The notes under the pieces were generated by a model. The model made no database searches and was not told the DNA's origin. It was given only the letters and a program-made list of their open reading frames with translations. Shown here piece by piece: positions 31,056 to 40,365 of a stretch of DNA of 64,000 nucleotides (position 1 is the stretch's first letter; every line of letters starts with the position of its first letter). Source of the DNA: Spirulina sp. (lineage in GTDB: Bacteria > Cyanobacteriota > Cyanobacteriia > Phormidesmidales > Phormidesmidaceae); NCBI GenBank assembly GCA_044070495.1, contig JBIPSI010000018.1:48120-112119 (forward strand), written 5' to 3'. A program made the translations under genes and the position numbers.

Positions 31056-31922
31056 CTACACAAAGGGATTATCGGCTATGGAGACAAAGTTCCCATAGTC
31101 TTGCCATGCGTTCATAAAGTCGGCATAGGCAATTTCGGAGGCCATGCCGTTGGGGGTGCCGCTGTCGTTCAAAATAATGCTCACGGAGCCATCCCAGCCA
31201 TAGTTGATGCCCGTTACCCACACCGCATGACCACCGTTCTCCTGCTCTAGTGGATTGCCAAAGTAGTCGTAGATGGGGTTCCAAATTTCGTTGGCATCTA
31301 GGCCGACAATGGGCTTGTCGCCCATGGCCAAGGCGTATTGTAAATCGGCAAGAGAGGCTCCAAAAAATTCGATGGTAGGAATCCCTAGGGAATCTAAAAT
31401 ATGGCCTACATACATTAAAGGAGTCCCCGTTAAGGGATCAAACCAGCCCTGGTTTTGGGCAAAATTACCCGCAATATCCTCCGAAATATACACCCCTGTT
31501 AGAGACTCATACACAGAAATTTGAGCCACCACGGCGCAGGACGCAGGCCCCTGCTGCTGCCTCCAATACCAGGCATCCACAAAGGGGGTGCCAAATTCAA
31601 CGGGATCATAATAGCCCCAGCTTGTCGAAGCCCAAGATGTGGTCGCCCATCCCCCCAAGGTGATCTCTAACTGGGGGGCAGAAAACTCAACCAACAGATC
31701 GCTGCCGGACGTAGGAATCAGCGGTTCCCACATCATCAAAAAGTCGTCTATAGAGCCAGGAGTCTCCTCGGAGAAAACTGGAATTGGTAGACTATCTAAG
31801 GTAAAGAAGTCAATCTCTGAGGAACCGAACGCTTCCGTTACACTAACGAAATCAGTGTTCAACGTTTCGCTAATATCATCAGCCTCTAACCATTCCAAAG
31901 CGATCAAAGCTGTAGTAGACAT
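31056..31922 (-). CDS. Very acidic protein with C-terminal C39-like (papain-fold) cysteine peptidase domain
   Basis: QQQGPASCA (Q..C), GHAVWVTG (H), ILNDSG (D), F.NAW; ATG 31922 after AGGA; more AT-rich than its neighbours. Confidence 0.7.
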   Translation of the reverse strand: MSTTALIALEWLEADDISETLNTDFVSVTEAFGSSEIDFFTLDSLPIPVFSEETPGSIDDFLMMWEPLIPTSGSDLLVEFSAPQLEITLGGWATTSWASTSWGYYDPVEFGTPFVDAWYWRQQQGPASCAVVAQISVYESLTGVYISEDIAGNFAQNQGWFDPLTGTPLMYVGHILDSLGIPTIEFFGASLADLQYALAMGDKPIVGLDANEIWNPIYDYFGNPLEQENGGHAVWVTGINYGWDGSVSIILNDSGTPNGMASEIAYADFMNAWQDYGNFVSIADNPFV

Positions 31923-32112
31923 CTGACGTTCCTGCTGCGATGGAATTAACGATGTACCCAAGCTGTTTTCCTTCCACAAACCCGATTTAAGGAAAACGCT
32001 TGTTACTCAACTGTCTACAGTTTAGGATGGCATCCCCAGGGGCGATGGGGAATTTTTAACCAGGCTAACGACTCAATTCAGCCGTTTCTGTTGCTTCTTT
32101 CAGAGGAAGGGT

Positions 32113-32128
32113 TTGCAGAAAACTGCAA
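32113..32128. promoter_or_regulatory. Palindrome TTGCAG-AAAA-CTGCAA, candidate operator
   Basis: Perfect 6-4-6 inverted repeat; near-identical copy at 49010-49025. Confidence 0.55.
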
Positions 32129-32269
32129 GCGGAGGTCTTTTTGATCGGGTTTAATTCTCCTGAGTGGCCGATTTTACAATCCTGACCCAGGGGTCTAGAC
32201 TTGTCCCTAAGCCATCCTTGGTGCTAACACGCTATACCCACAGGCCTGATTGCCTGACACATCTCCAAA

Positions 32270-32354
32270 GTAGGTTGGGTGCAGCGAAGCGGAACCCAAC
32301 ACTCGCCGCGAATGGTGGGCTTGTTGGGTTCTGCTATCGCGCCACCCAACCTAC
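32270..32354. repeat. REPIN-like inverted doublet of GTAGGTTGGGT-type hairpins
   Basis: GTAGGTTGGGT...GAACCCAACA / TGTTGGGTTC...ACCCAACCTAC. Confidence 0.75.
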
Positions 32355-32537
32355 GAGATATCAATGCTTTTCGGCGTTATGTCAGTCAGCCAGCCCACAG
32401 GTTTCGCTAAGGTGTGCTTTTCTCGTCAGGATGATATTTGTTCCGCCCTAGGTTGAATCTGGTGTTACCAGGAATCGTTCCGCCCCTAGGGGTGCCCTAT
32501 CCCCTAGCGTCCTAGCCCCTACTCCCCTTGCCTACCC

Positions 32538-35500
32538 ATGCCTTCACTCCATCGCCCTTGGTGGCTGGCTAGCCTTCTCGCCCCCGGCCTATGGTTGTCT
32601 ACACCCGCCCTGGCCCAACTCCTCCCCGATGCCACCCTGGGGGGCGAAGCTTCTCTGGTGTTGCCGGGGGCACTCATCCAGGGGGATCTGGCCGATCAAA
32701 TTGGGGGCGGAGCCATCCGAGGGGGTAACCTATTCCACAGTTTTCTAGAGTTCAATATCGATGCAGGCCAGCGGGTTTACTTTGCCAACCCGGCGGGCAT
32801 TGAGGCCATCCTCACCCGCGTAACGGGCGGCAATCCATCCAACATTTTGGGCACCCTGGGCGTGGATGGCGCGGCGGATTTGTTCTTCATCAACCCCAAC
32901 GGCCTAGTGTTTGGGGAGAATGCCACCCTCGATATTCCCGGCTCATTCTATGCCAGCACCGCCGAGGCGATTTCCCTAGGGGAGGGCGTCTACAGCGCCA
33001 CGGTGCCAGAGCAAAGCAGTCTGCTGACGGTTAACCCCAGTGCCCTGTTTAGCAACCATCTAACGGCGGCTTCTGGCGATATCCAAAGCCTTGGTCAATT
33101 AGCTGCCCAAGGCAATCTGACCCTAGCCGCCAACACCGTGGATTTGCAAGGGCAGGTGGCCGCTGGGGGCGATCTCACCCTGCTGGGGCTAGATACCGTA
33201 CGCATTCGCGACGGGGTGGAGGCCCCCTTTGTGGGCTTTGCCGGGGGCAACCTGCTGGTGCAGGGCCACGACCAGGTGGATATTGTGGCCCTCAGCCATC
33301 CCGATAGTGGCCTGTATAGCTATGGCGACATGGTGCTGCGGTCGGGCAACCCCGTGGGCGGCGATGCCTACTACTGGAGCGGCGGCAACTTTCGGGTAGA
33401 AACCCTAGATGGCGATCCTGGGAGCTTATTCAGCCCCATCGACCCCGTGATCCGTGCCCTGGGGGATGTGGAGATGTTTGGCTATGCGGGGGGATCGCTG
33501 CATATCCTGGCGGGGGGATCGGTCAATATTGGCACCGCCATCATCACCGCTGCCGACCCTGGGGTGCTTGGGGTCGATTTCTTGCAGGAAACCATCACCC
33601 TCTCCGATGGCACCGTCGTCGCCATTGATGGCGGGGCACAGCCGACCCTAGATGTGCGGGCGGGATTAGCTCCTGAAGCTATTGGGGTAATTTCTCCTGG
33701 CAATATTAGTGGACTGAATCCGGACGCTATTCTTTTGGATCTGGCTACTACCAATGAGCCTTTGAGGGGGGATATTACCGTTGGTGATGTGTTTATAGAT
33801 GCCCCCAATGGGCTGGTGCTGTTGACCAATCAGTACCAGCCTAACCCCACTCTGGCGGGCGGTAATATTGCTGTCACCGGGGAGGGCATCTATGGCGATG
33901 GCATTGATGCCCGAGGCTTTGGCGGTCAAGGCGGAACCGTGTACCTCGATGCCCGTAATGATGTGTTAGTGACCAATAGCTCCATTGAAACCACAGGGGC
34001 TGGAGTGGTTGGTGATGTGGTGATCAATGCGGGCAATGCCGTGCGCCTTGAAGAACAAAATCGTCGAACGGTGGTGGGTAGCAGCATTGCCGCAGGGGCA
34101 ACGGGGACGGGGGGCGATGTTCGCATTCGGGCCGCCACGGTAGAAGTCTTGGGTGGGGCACAGATCTCGGCCAGCGTCTTTGGCAATGGCGATGCGGGCA
34201 ATGTGGAAATTACGGCCCGTGATCAGGTCGTTTTTGATGGCACCACCGCCGATGGTCAATTCAGTAGTGCGGCCTTTAGCACCGTTGAAAATGGGGCCGT
34301 GGGTACTGGAGGTAACATTATTATTCGCACAGGTTCCCTAGCCGTTACCGATGGAGCCTTGCTATCCACCAGCACGTTGGGCGTCGGCCATGCGGGCCAT
34401 GTGGAGATTGAGGCCCGTGATCGGGTTGTCTTTGAAAATGCTGATATCTTCAGCCGTGTGGGTTCTGATGCCATTGGGGATGGCGGCAATATCACGATTC
34501 GCACAGGCTTCTTAGATGCCACCAATGGGGGATTCCTATCCGCCAGCACCCTGGGCACTGGCCATGCAGGCAACATCGACATTGAAGCCCGTGAAGCCGT
34601 CGTTTTTGATAGCAGCGATGCCGTGAGCGATATTGGAACTGGGGCCGTCGGGGTCGGGGGGAGTGTCATCATTCGGGCTGGATCCCTGGATGTCTTAAAT
34701 GGGGCGCAGTTGTCGGCCAGCACCTTGGGCATCGGAGATGCGGGCAACGTGGAGATTGAGGCCCGCGACACCGTTACGTTTGAGGGCAGAAGCGCCGATG
34801 GCCGGTTTGCCAGTGCCGCCTTTAGTCGGGTAGAGGCTGAAGGTCAAGGGCGAGCGGGCGACATCGTCATTTCGGCCAATGCCGTCAGAGTAGCCAATGG
34901 GGCATCGGTAGAATCATCCACCTTGGGTTCTGGCGATGCCGGTGATGTGCTCATTACAGCCCAAGATCAGGTCGCCCTAGACAATGCCAGCACCTTTAGT
35001 CGCGTTGGTACTTCGGGCGTGGGGAGCGGGGGCAATGTAATCATCCACACTGGATCCTTAGAGGTTAGGAATGGAGGGCAACTATCATCCAGTACCCTGG
35101 GCCTTGGGGATGCGGGCAACGTGGAGATTACGGCCCGTGACCGAGTTGCCTTTGACGGCGTCAACACCAACAGCCAGCTTAGAAGTGCTGCGTTTAGCAC
35201 CGTCCAAGCCGGGGCAGAGGGGGCCGGAGGGAACATCGTAATTCGTACCGACACCCTGGAAATGACCAACGGGGCAGGGTTATCGGCCAGTACCTTTGGC
35301 ACTGGCCGAGCAGGCAATGTGGACATTGAGGCCCAGGGCCAGGTCATCTTTGATACCACAGCCAATGCTTTGAGCAATGTGGGGCTTGGGGCCGTGGGGG
35401 AGGGCGGCAGTGTGGCGATTCGGGCAGATTCCCTAGCGGTGCTGAATGGGGCACAACTCAACGCCAGTACCTTGGGTATCGGAGATGCCGGCAATGTAGA

Positions 35501-38177
35501 AATTACGGCTCAAGACCGAATTATCTTCGACGGTACGAGTGCCGATGGACGGTTCAGCAGTGCAGTCTTGAGTAGGGTAGGGCCTGATGCCCAAGGGAAT
35601 GGCGGCAATGTGGTGATTCGCACGGGGTCTCTGACGGTCACCAACGGGGCACAGATCCTAGCCAACACCGAAGGCACCGGCGATGCGGGCAATGTGGACA
35701 TTGAGGCCCGTGACCAGGTGGTTTTTGACGGCAGGAGTGCCAATGGCCAATTGATCAGCGCCGCCTTTAGTCGGGTGAATACTGGGGCAGAGGGGGCGGG
35801 CGGCAATGTGGTGATTCGCACGGGTTCCCTATCCCTCACGGATGGGGCGCAACTCCTCGCCAACACTGAAGGCACGGGCAATGCAGGCAACGTGGTGATT
35901 ACAGCCCAAGATCAGGTTCTCTTAGACAATGCCAACCTCTTTAGTAGTGTGGGTTCTGAAGCCATCGGGACTGGGGGCAACGTGGTGATTCGCACCGGTT
36001 CCCTCGCGGTGCTGAATGGGGCGCAACTCCTCGCCAACACTTCGGGCGCGGGGGATGCGGGAGACATAAACATTGAGGCCCGTGACACCGTTGTCTTTGA
36101 CGGCACCGGCACCAATGGCCAATTTAGCAGTGCCGCCTTTAGCCGGGTTGATGCTGGGGCGGTAGGGAACGGGGGCAACGTGGTGATTCGCACGGGTTCC
36201 CTCGCGGTGCTGAATGGGGCGCAACTCCTCGCCAACACTTTGGGCACGGGAGATGCCGGTGATGTGGCCATCGAGGCCCGCGACACCATTGTTTTTGATG
36301 GCACGAGCGTTGATGGTCAGTTTCTCAGCGCTGCGTTTAGCAGTGTAGGCGCTGAAGCGGCGGGAGCCGGGGGCAACGTGATCCTTCGCACCGGTTCCCT
36401 AACGGTGAGCAATGGCGCACAACTTGCCGCCAGCACCTTTGGCAGGGGCAATGCGGGTAATGTCGAGATTGAAGCCCGTGGCACCGTCGTTTTTGACGGC
36501 ACTAGCGCTGATGACCAATTTGTCACAGCGGCCTTGAGCAACGTGGGATCTGAGGCAACGGGGGCTGGGGGGGATGTGGTAATTCGCACGGGATCCTTGG
36601 AGGTCACCAATGGGGCGCAACTCGTGGCTAGCACCTTTGGCACTGGCAACGCAGGCAATGTAAACATTACCGCGCAGGATTGGGTCATCTTTGATGGCGT
36701 CAGTGCCGATGGCCGGTTTGGTAGTGCCGCCTTCAGCACCGTCGAAGCGGGGGGCATCGGCACTGGGGGCAACGTGATCCTTCGTACCGGTTCCCTAGCG
36801 GTGACTAATGGAGGGCAACTCCTCGCCAGCACCAGAGGCAATGGCAATGCGGGCAATGTAGAGATTGAGGCCCGTGATGCCGTCGTTTTTGAGGGCAGAA
36901 GCGCCAATGGCCAGCTTGCTAGTGCCGCCTTTAGCTCTGTCGAGGCAGGGGCCATCGGCGATGGCGGCAACGTGGTCGTGCGCACAGGAAGCTTGGACAT
37001 CCTTAATGGAGCCGCCCTAACCACGAACACCCTGGGCGATGGCGATGCTGGAAATGTAGACATTTTGGCCCGAGACCAAGTCAATCTTCAGGGCACGAGT
37101 CGCCAGGGGAACCCCAGCGGGATTTTCACCAACAACACCGTTACCTCCACCGGGCGCAGCAACAATATCCAAATCACGGCCCCCGTCTTAACGGTGCAGG
37201 ATGGTGCGGTCATGCTGGCCAGCACGAGCAACGGTCAGCCTGGGGGGAATATCACCCTGACCTTGGGGTCGCTAGAGGTGCTCAATGGCGGGCAAGTGGC
37301 CACCGGAAGCGTGGGGACTGGCCCGGCGGGAACGATTCGCATCAACGCTACGGAGGGCCTTCTCATCACCGGGAGTGACCCAAACTTTGCAAATCGGGTG
37401 GCGCAAGTTCCTGAAACAGCGAGCTTGCTTCTGCCCCAGAGTGCCATTTCGGTACAGGCCAGCGGATCCGGAACGGCGGGCAACATCATCCTAGGCGACC
37501 TCGGCACAACGCCGCTGCTGGTGTTAGACCAGGGGGGCCGCATCGTGGCCGAGGCGGCGGCAGGGGATGGGGGCAATATTGTCCTTCGTCTTAGCGATCT
37601 GCTGCTGCTGCGCAATGGCAGCCTCATTTCCACCACCGCTGGCACTGCCCAGACCGGAGGGGACGGCGGCAATATCACCATTACCGTACCCTTCATCATT
37701 GCCCTGCGCGAAGAGAATAGCGACATTGCGGCGGATGCCTTTGCCGGAACGGGGGGCAGAGTCACCATCAATGCCAGGGGCATCTTTGGCATCGAGCCTC
37801 GTCCCCAGCGCACCCCCTTCAGCGACATTACCGCCAGTTCTGAGCTAGGCATTAGCGGCGTGGTCACCCTCAACACCCTAGACACCAGCGCCATTACCAA
37901 CAGTCTCACCAGCCTAGACGACGCTGTGATCGACACCAGCCTGCTCACGGCGGGGAGTTGCATTGCCCGCACTGGCCCTAATCAGGGATCGTTTGTGGTC
38001 ACCGGCAGCGGCGGTTTGCCCCTGCGCCCTGGGGATAGCGCTATTTCCAGCTACCCCACGGGCACCGTGCGCACCCTCGCTACCCCCACCGCCGCCCTGC
38101 AAGAACCCGATGGCGTGTATCAGTTACCCGATGGTCGGCTCGTCCTCAGTCGGGCCTGCGAGTCGGTTACTCCGTAG
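32538..38177 (+). CDS. Filamentous-haemagglutinin-family TpsA exoprotein 1 (1879 aa)
   Basis: Signal peptide ending ALA-Q; TPS domain (NLFHSF, RVTGGNPS, INPNG); about 15 beta-helix repeats of 58/66 aa; C-terminal C...SFVVTGSGGLP...GRLVL..C. Confidence 0.9.
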   Translation: MPSLHRPWWLASLLAPGLWLSTPALAQLLPDATLGGEASLVLPGALIQGDLADQIGGGAIRGGNLFHSFLEFNIDAGQRVYFANPAGIEAILTRVTGGNPSNILGTLGVDGAADLFFINPNGLVFGENATLDIPGSFYASTAEAISLGEGVYSATVPEQSSLLTVNPSALFSNHLTAASGDIQSLGQLAAQGNLTLAANTVDLQGQVAAGGDLTLLGLDTVRIRDGVEAPFVGFAGGNLLVQGHDQVDIVALSHPDSGLYSYGDMVLRSGNPVGGDAYYWSGGNFRVETLDGDPGSLFSPIDPVIRALGDVEMFGYAGGSLHILAGGSVNIGTAIITAADPGVLGVDFLQETITLSDGTVVAIDGGAQPTLDVRAGLAPEAIGVISPGNISGLNPDAILLDLATTNEPLRGDITVGDVFIDAPNGLVLLTNQYQPNPTLAGGNIAVTGEGIYGDGIDARGFGGQGGTVYLDARNDVLVTNSSIETTGAGVVGDVVINAGNAVRLEEQNRRTVVGSSIAAGATGTGGDVRIRAATVEVLGGAQISASVFGNGDAGNVEITARDQVVFDGTTADGQFSSAAFSTVENGAVGTGGNIIIRTGSLAVTDGALLSTSTLGVGHAGHVEIEARDRVVFENADIFSRVGSDAIGDGGNITIRTGFLDATNGGFLSASTLGTGHAGNIDIEAREAVVFDSSDAVSDIGTGAVGVGGSVIIRAGSLDVLNGAQLSASTLGIGDAGNVEIEARDTVTFEGRSADGRFASAAFSRVEAEGQGRAGDIVISANAVRVANGASVESSTLGSGDAGDVLITAQDQVALDNASTFSRVGTSGVGSGGNVIIHTGSLEVRNGGQLSSSTLGLGDAGNVEITARDRVAFDGVNTNSQLRSAAFSTVQAGAEGAGGNIVIRTDTLEMTNGAGLSASTFGTGRAGNVDIEAQGQVIFDTTANALSNVGLGAVGEGGSVAIRADSLAVLNGAQLNASTLGIGDAGNVEITAQDRIIFDGTSADGRFSSAVLSRVGPDAQGNGGNVVIRTGSLTVTNGAQILANTEGTGDAGNVDIEARDQVVFDGRSANGQLISAAFSRVNTGAEGAGGNVVIRTGSLSLTDGAQLLANTEGTGNAGNVVITAQDQVLLDNANLFSSVGSEAIGTGGNVVIRTGSLAVLNGAQLLANTSGAGDAGDINIEARDTVVFDGTGTNGQFSSAAFSRVDAGAVGNGGNVVIRTGSLAVLNGAQLLANTLGTGDAGDVAIEARDTIVFDGTSVDGQFLSAAFSSVGAEAAGAGGNVILRTGSLTVSNGAQLAASTFGRGNAGNVEIEARGTVVFDGTSADDQFVTAALSNVGSEATGAGGDVVIRTGSLEVTNGAQLVASTFGTGNAGNVNITAQDWVIFDGVSADGRFGSAAFSTVEAGGIGTGGNVILRTGSLAVTNGGQLLASTRGNGNAGNVEIEARDAVVFEGRSANGQLASAAFSSVEAGAIGDGGNVVVRTGSLDILNGAALTTNTLGDGDAGNVDILARDQVNLQGTSRQGNPSGIFTNNTVTSTGRSNNIQITAPVLTVQDGAVMLASTSNGQPGGNITLTLGSLEVLNGGQVATGSVGTGPAGTIRINATEGLLITGSDPNFANRVAQVPETASLLLPQSAISVQASGSGTAGNIILGDLGTTPLLVLDQGGRIVAEAAAGDGGNIVLRLSDLLLLRNGSLISTTAGTAQTGGDGGNITITVPFIIALREENSDIAADAFAGTGGRVTINARGIFGIEPRPQRTPFSDITASSELGISGVVTLNTLDTSAITNSLTSLDDAVIDTSLLTAGSCIARTGPNQGSFVVTGSGGLPLRPGDSAISSYPTGTVRTLATPTAALQEPDGVYQLPDGRLVLSRACESVTP

Positions 38178-38433
38178 GGTTTACCCCAGGGGCGGCTGGT
38201 TAAGTCGCTGCCTGAGGCTAAGGGTCTGGTCGTCAGGATCCGTCGTGGTGGTAGGGCCATGGGGCAAGGCTATGGCTCGTCTGCGCGGTGGGGCGACGAC
38301 GGTGAGCAAGTCGGGCCAGGATGGTGAGGATTAAACCGTCGGAGTCGGTCGCAACTTCTATACTTGGGGAGAAGCCTGGGCCTGCGGGCTGGGCTATGGG
38401 GGCACTACAACCCACGCTACCGTATCTTCAGCC

Positions 38434-40332
38434 ATGCCGAGAATAACCGTTAAACCCCCGTCCTGGCTCCGTCGCCTCCCCTGGGAAGCGGTGGGGCCGG
38501 GGGGAATAGTGCTGGGGTTGATCCTGCTGGCCCAGGGGTTGGGGATGTTCCACGGGCTAGAACTCAAGGTCTTAGACAGCCTGCTGCGTCTGCGCCCCAC
38601 CGAACCGATGGATGAGCGCATTTTAGTTGTGGCTATTGATGAGGACGACATCCAGGCGCTCGGCACCTATCCCATCCCTGATCAGGTGTTGGCCGATCTG
38701 CTCAACCGCCTCCAGCCGCACCAGCCCAGGGCGGTGGGCATCGATATTTTCCGAGACTTTGTGGTAGAACCAGGGCACGACAACCTCGTGGCCACCTTGA
38801 AGGCCATGCCCCAGGTGATCGGCATAGAAAAGGTGCTGGATTACCCGATTCGGCCCCCAGCCATGCTGCCTCCAGAACGGGTTGGGTTTGTAGATTTACC
38901 CCTAGACGACGATGGCTTTGTGCGCCAGGTGTTGCTGGGCACCTACAGCCCCACGGGGGACTATCACTTTGCCCTATCGCTGCGGCTGGCGGAGCAGTAC
39001 TTAGGGGCCGAGGGGTTAGGGCTAGAAAATGGCCTGCAAGACCCCGCTGCCATGCGCTTTGGCCAAACGGAACTGACGCGATTTCGTGGCCAGGGCGGCG
39101 GCTGGAACCCTGAACCCACGGGCAATCAAATGCTGCTGAATCCCCGTGCCGGACGTACCCCCTTTCGGCGAGTCACCCTGAAGCAGGTGATGGCCAATGA
39201 CGTTAACCCCGCCTGGATGCGGGAGGCCATTGTGCTGATTGGGATTACCTCCCTCAGCGTTAAGGACTTAGTCAATTCAGCGGCGATTGTCTCCGATAAC
39301 CCAGGGCTGGTCTACGGTGTGGATTTCCATGCCCACGCCGTCAGCCAAATCGTCAGTGCAGTGCTGGACGGTCGGCCCCTGCTGCGGGAGTGGCCCCTGG
39401 GGCTTACCTACGGCTGGACAATGATCTGGGGGCTGGGGGGGCTAGGGCTGGCCCTGCTCACCCGGCAACTCTGGATCTCGGTGGCGGTGGCGGCGGTGGC
39501 CCTAGGGTGCTTGGGCCTAGCGGCAGGAGTTTGGGTTGGAGCGGGGCTTTGGGTGCCCGTGGTCAGTCCGGCCCTGGCGTTTATGCTCACTAGCGCCATC
39601 ACCACCAGCCTGCGCCTTGCCCAAACCCAGCAGCACATCCTGCTCAGCCGTCGCCTACTGGGGCAGCAAACGTCGCCGGAAATTGCCCAGGCCCTCTGGG
39701 ACGGACGCCAACAACTGCTTCAAGACGGCAAACTTTCGGCCCAAATGCTCACGGCTACCATTCTTTTCTCCGACATCTGCGCCTTTACCAGCCTCTCCGA
39801 ACAACAGCCGCCCCAGCAGCTTCTAGGCTGGCTCAACGACTATTTCATGGCCATGACGGAGGCCGTCCAAGACCACCAGGGCGTGGTGACCAAGTTTATT
39901 GGCGATGGCCTGATGGCGGTGTTTGGGGTACCCATTGCCCGCACCAGTGCCCTAGAGATTGCCGCCGATGCCGAACGAGCCGTGGCCTGTGCCCTAGCCA
40001 TGGATCAACGGCTGGCCCAACTCAACCAACAATGGCAGCGCCAAGGGTTACCCCCCATCCGCATCCGCATTGGCATTTTTACGGGGCCGGTGATGGTGGG
40101 CAGTTTGGGGGGCCGTCAACGGCTGGAATACGGTGTCGTGGGAGATAGCGTCAACACCGCATCCCGACTGGAAAGTTGCACCAAGCATCGCCAACCCGCC
40201 CCCTGCCGCATCCTCATTGCCGAGGAAACCCTGCAATACCTCAAAACTCCCTTCCAGCTTGAGCCATGGGGAGAGATGCCCCTGCGCGGCAAACACAAAA
40301 CCGTCCGGGTCTACCGCGTCTTGTCGGCCTAA
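38434..40332 (+). CDS. CHASE2 domain class III adenylate/guanylate cyclase
   Basis: CHASE2 plus 3 TM; FSDICAFT, KFIGDGLMA, EYGVVGDSVNTASRLE. Confidence 0.9.
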   Translation: MPRITVKPPSWLRRLPWEAVGPGGIVLGLILLAQGLGMFHGLELKVLDSLLRLRPTEPMDERILVVAIDEDDIQALGTYPIPDQVLADLLNRLQPHQPRAVGIDIFRDFVVEPGHDNLVATLKAMPQVIGIEKVLDYPIRPPAMLPPERVGFVDLPLDDDGFVRQVLLGTYSPTGDYHFALSLRLAEQYLGAEGLGLENGLQDPAAMRFGQTELTRFRGQGGGWNPEPTGNQMLLNPRAGRTPFRRVTLKQVMANDVNPAWMREAIVLIGITSLSVKDLVNSAAIVSDNPGLVYGVDFHAHAVSQIVSAVLDGRPLLREWPLGLTYGWTMIWGLGGLGLALLTRQLWISVAVAAVALGCLGLAAGVWVGAGLWVPVVSPALAFMLTSAITTSLRLAQTQQHILLSRRLLGQQTSPEIAQALWDGRQQLLQDGKLSAQMLTATILFSDICAFTSLSEQQPPQQLLGWLNDYFMAMTEAVQDHQGVVTKFIGDGLMAVFGVPIARTSALEIAADAERAVACALAMDQRLAQLNQQWQRQGLPPIRIRIGIFTGPVMVGSLGGRQRLEYGVVGDSVNTASRLESCTKHRQPAPCRILIAEETLQYLKTPFQLEPWGEMPLRGKHKTVRVYRVLSA

Positions 40333-40365
40333 AGACCAGGCCAAAGACCGAGGATCAGACCAGGT

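Noticed and set aside
33926..37972. Long antisense ORFs opposite TpsA1 (and similar ones opposite TpsA2, amt, flv3, murA)
   Set aside because: Shadow frames caused by codon bias and repeats; no independent protein features
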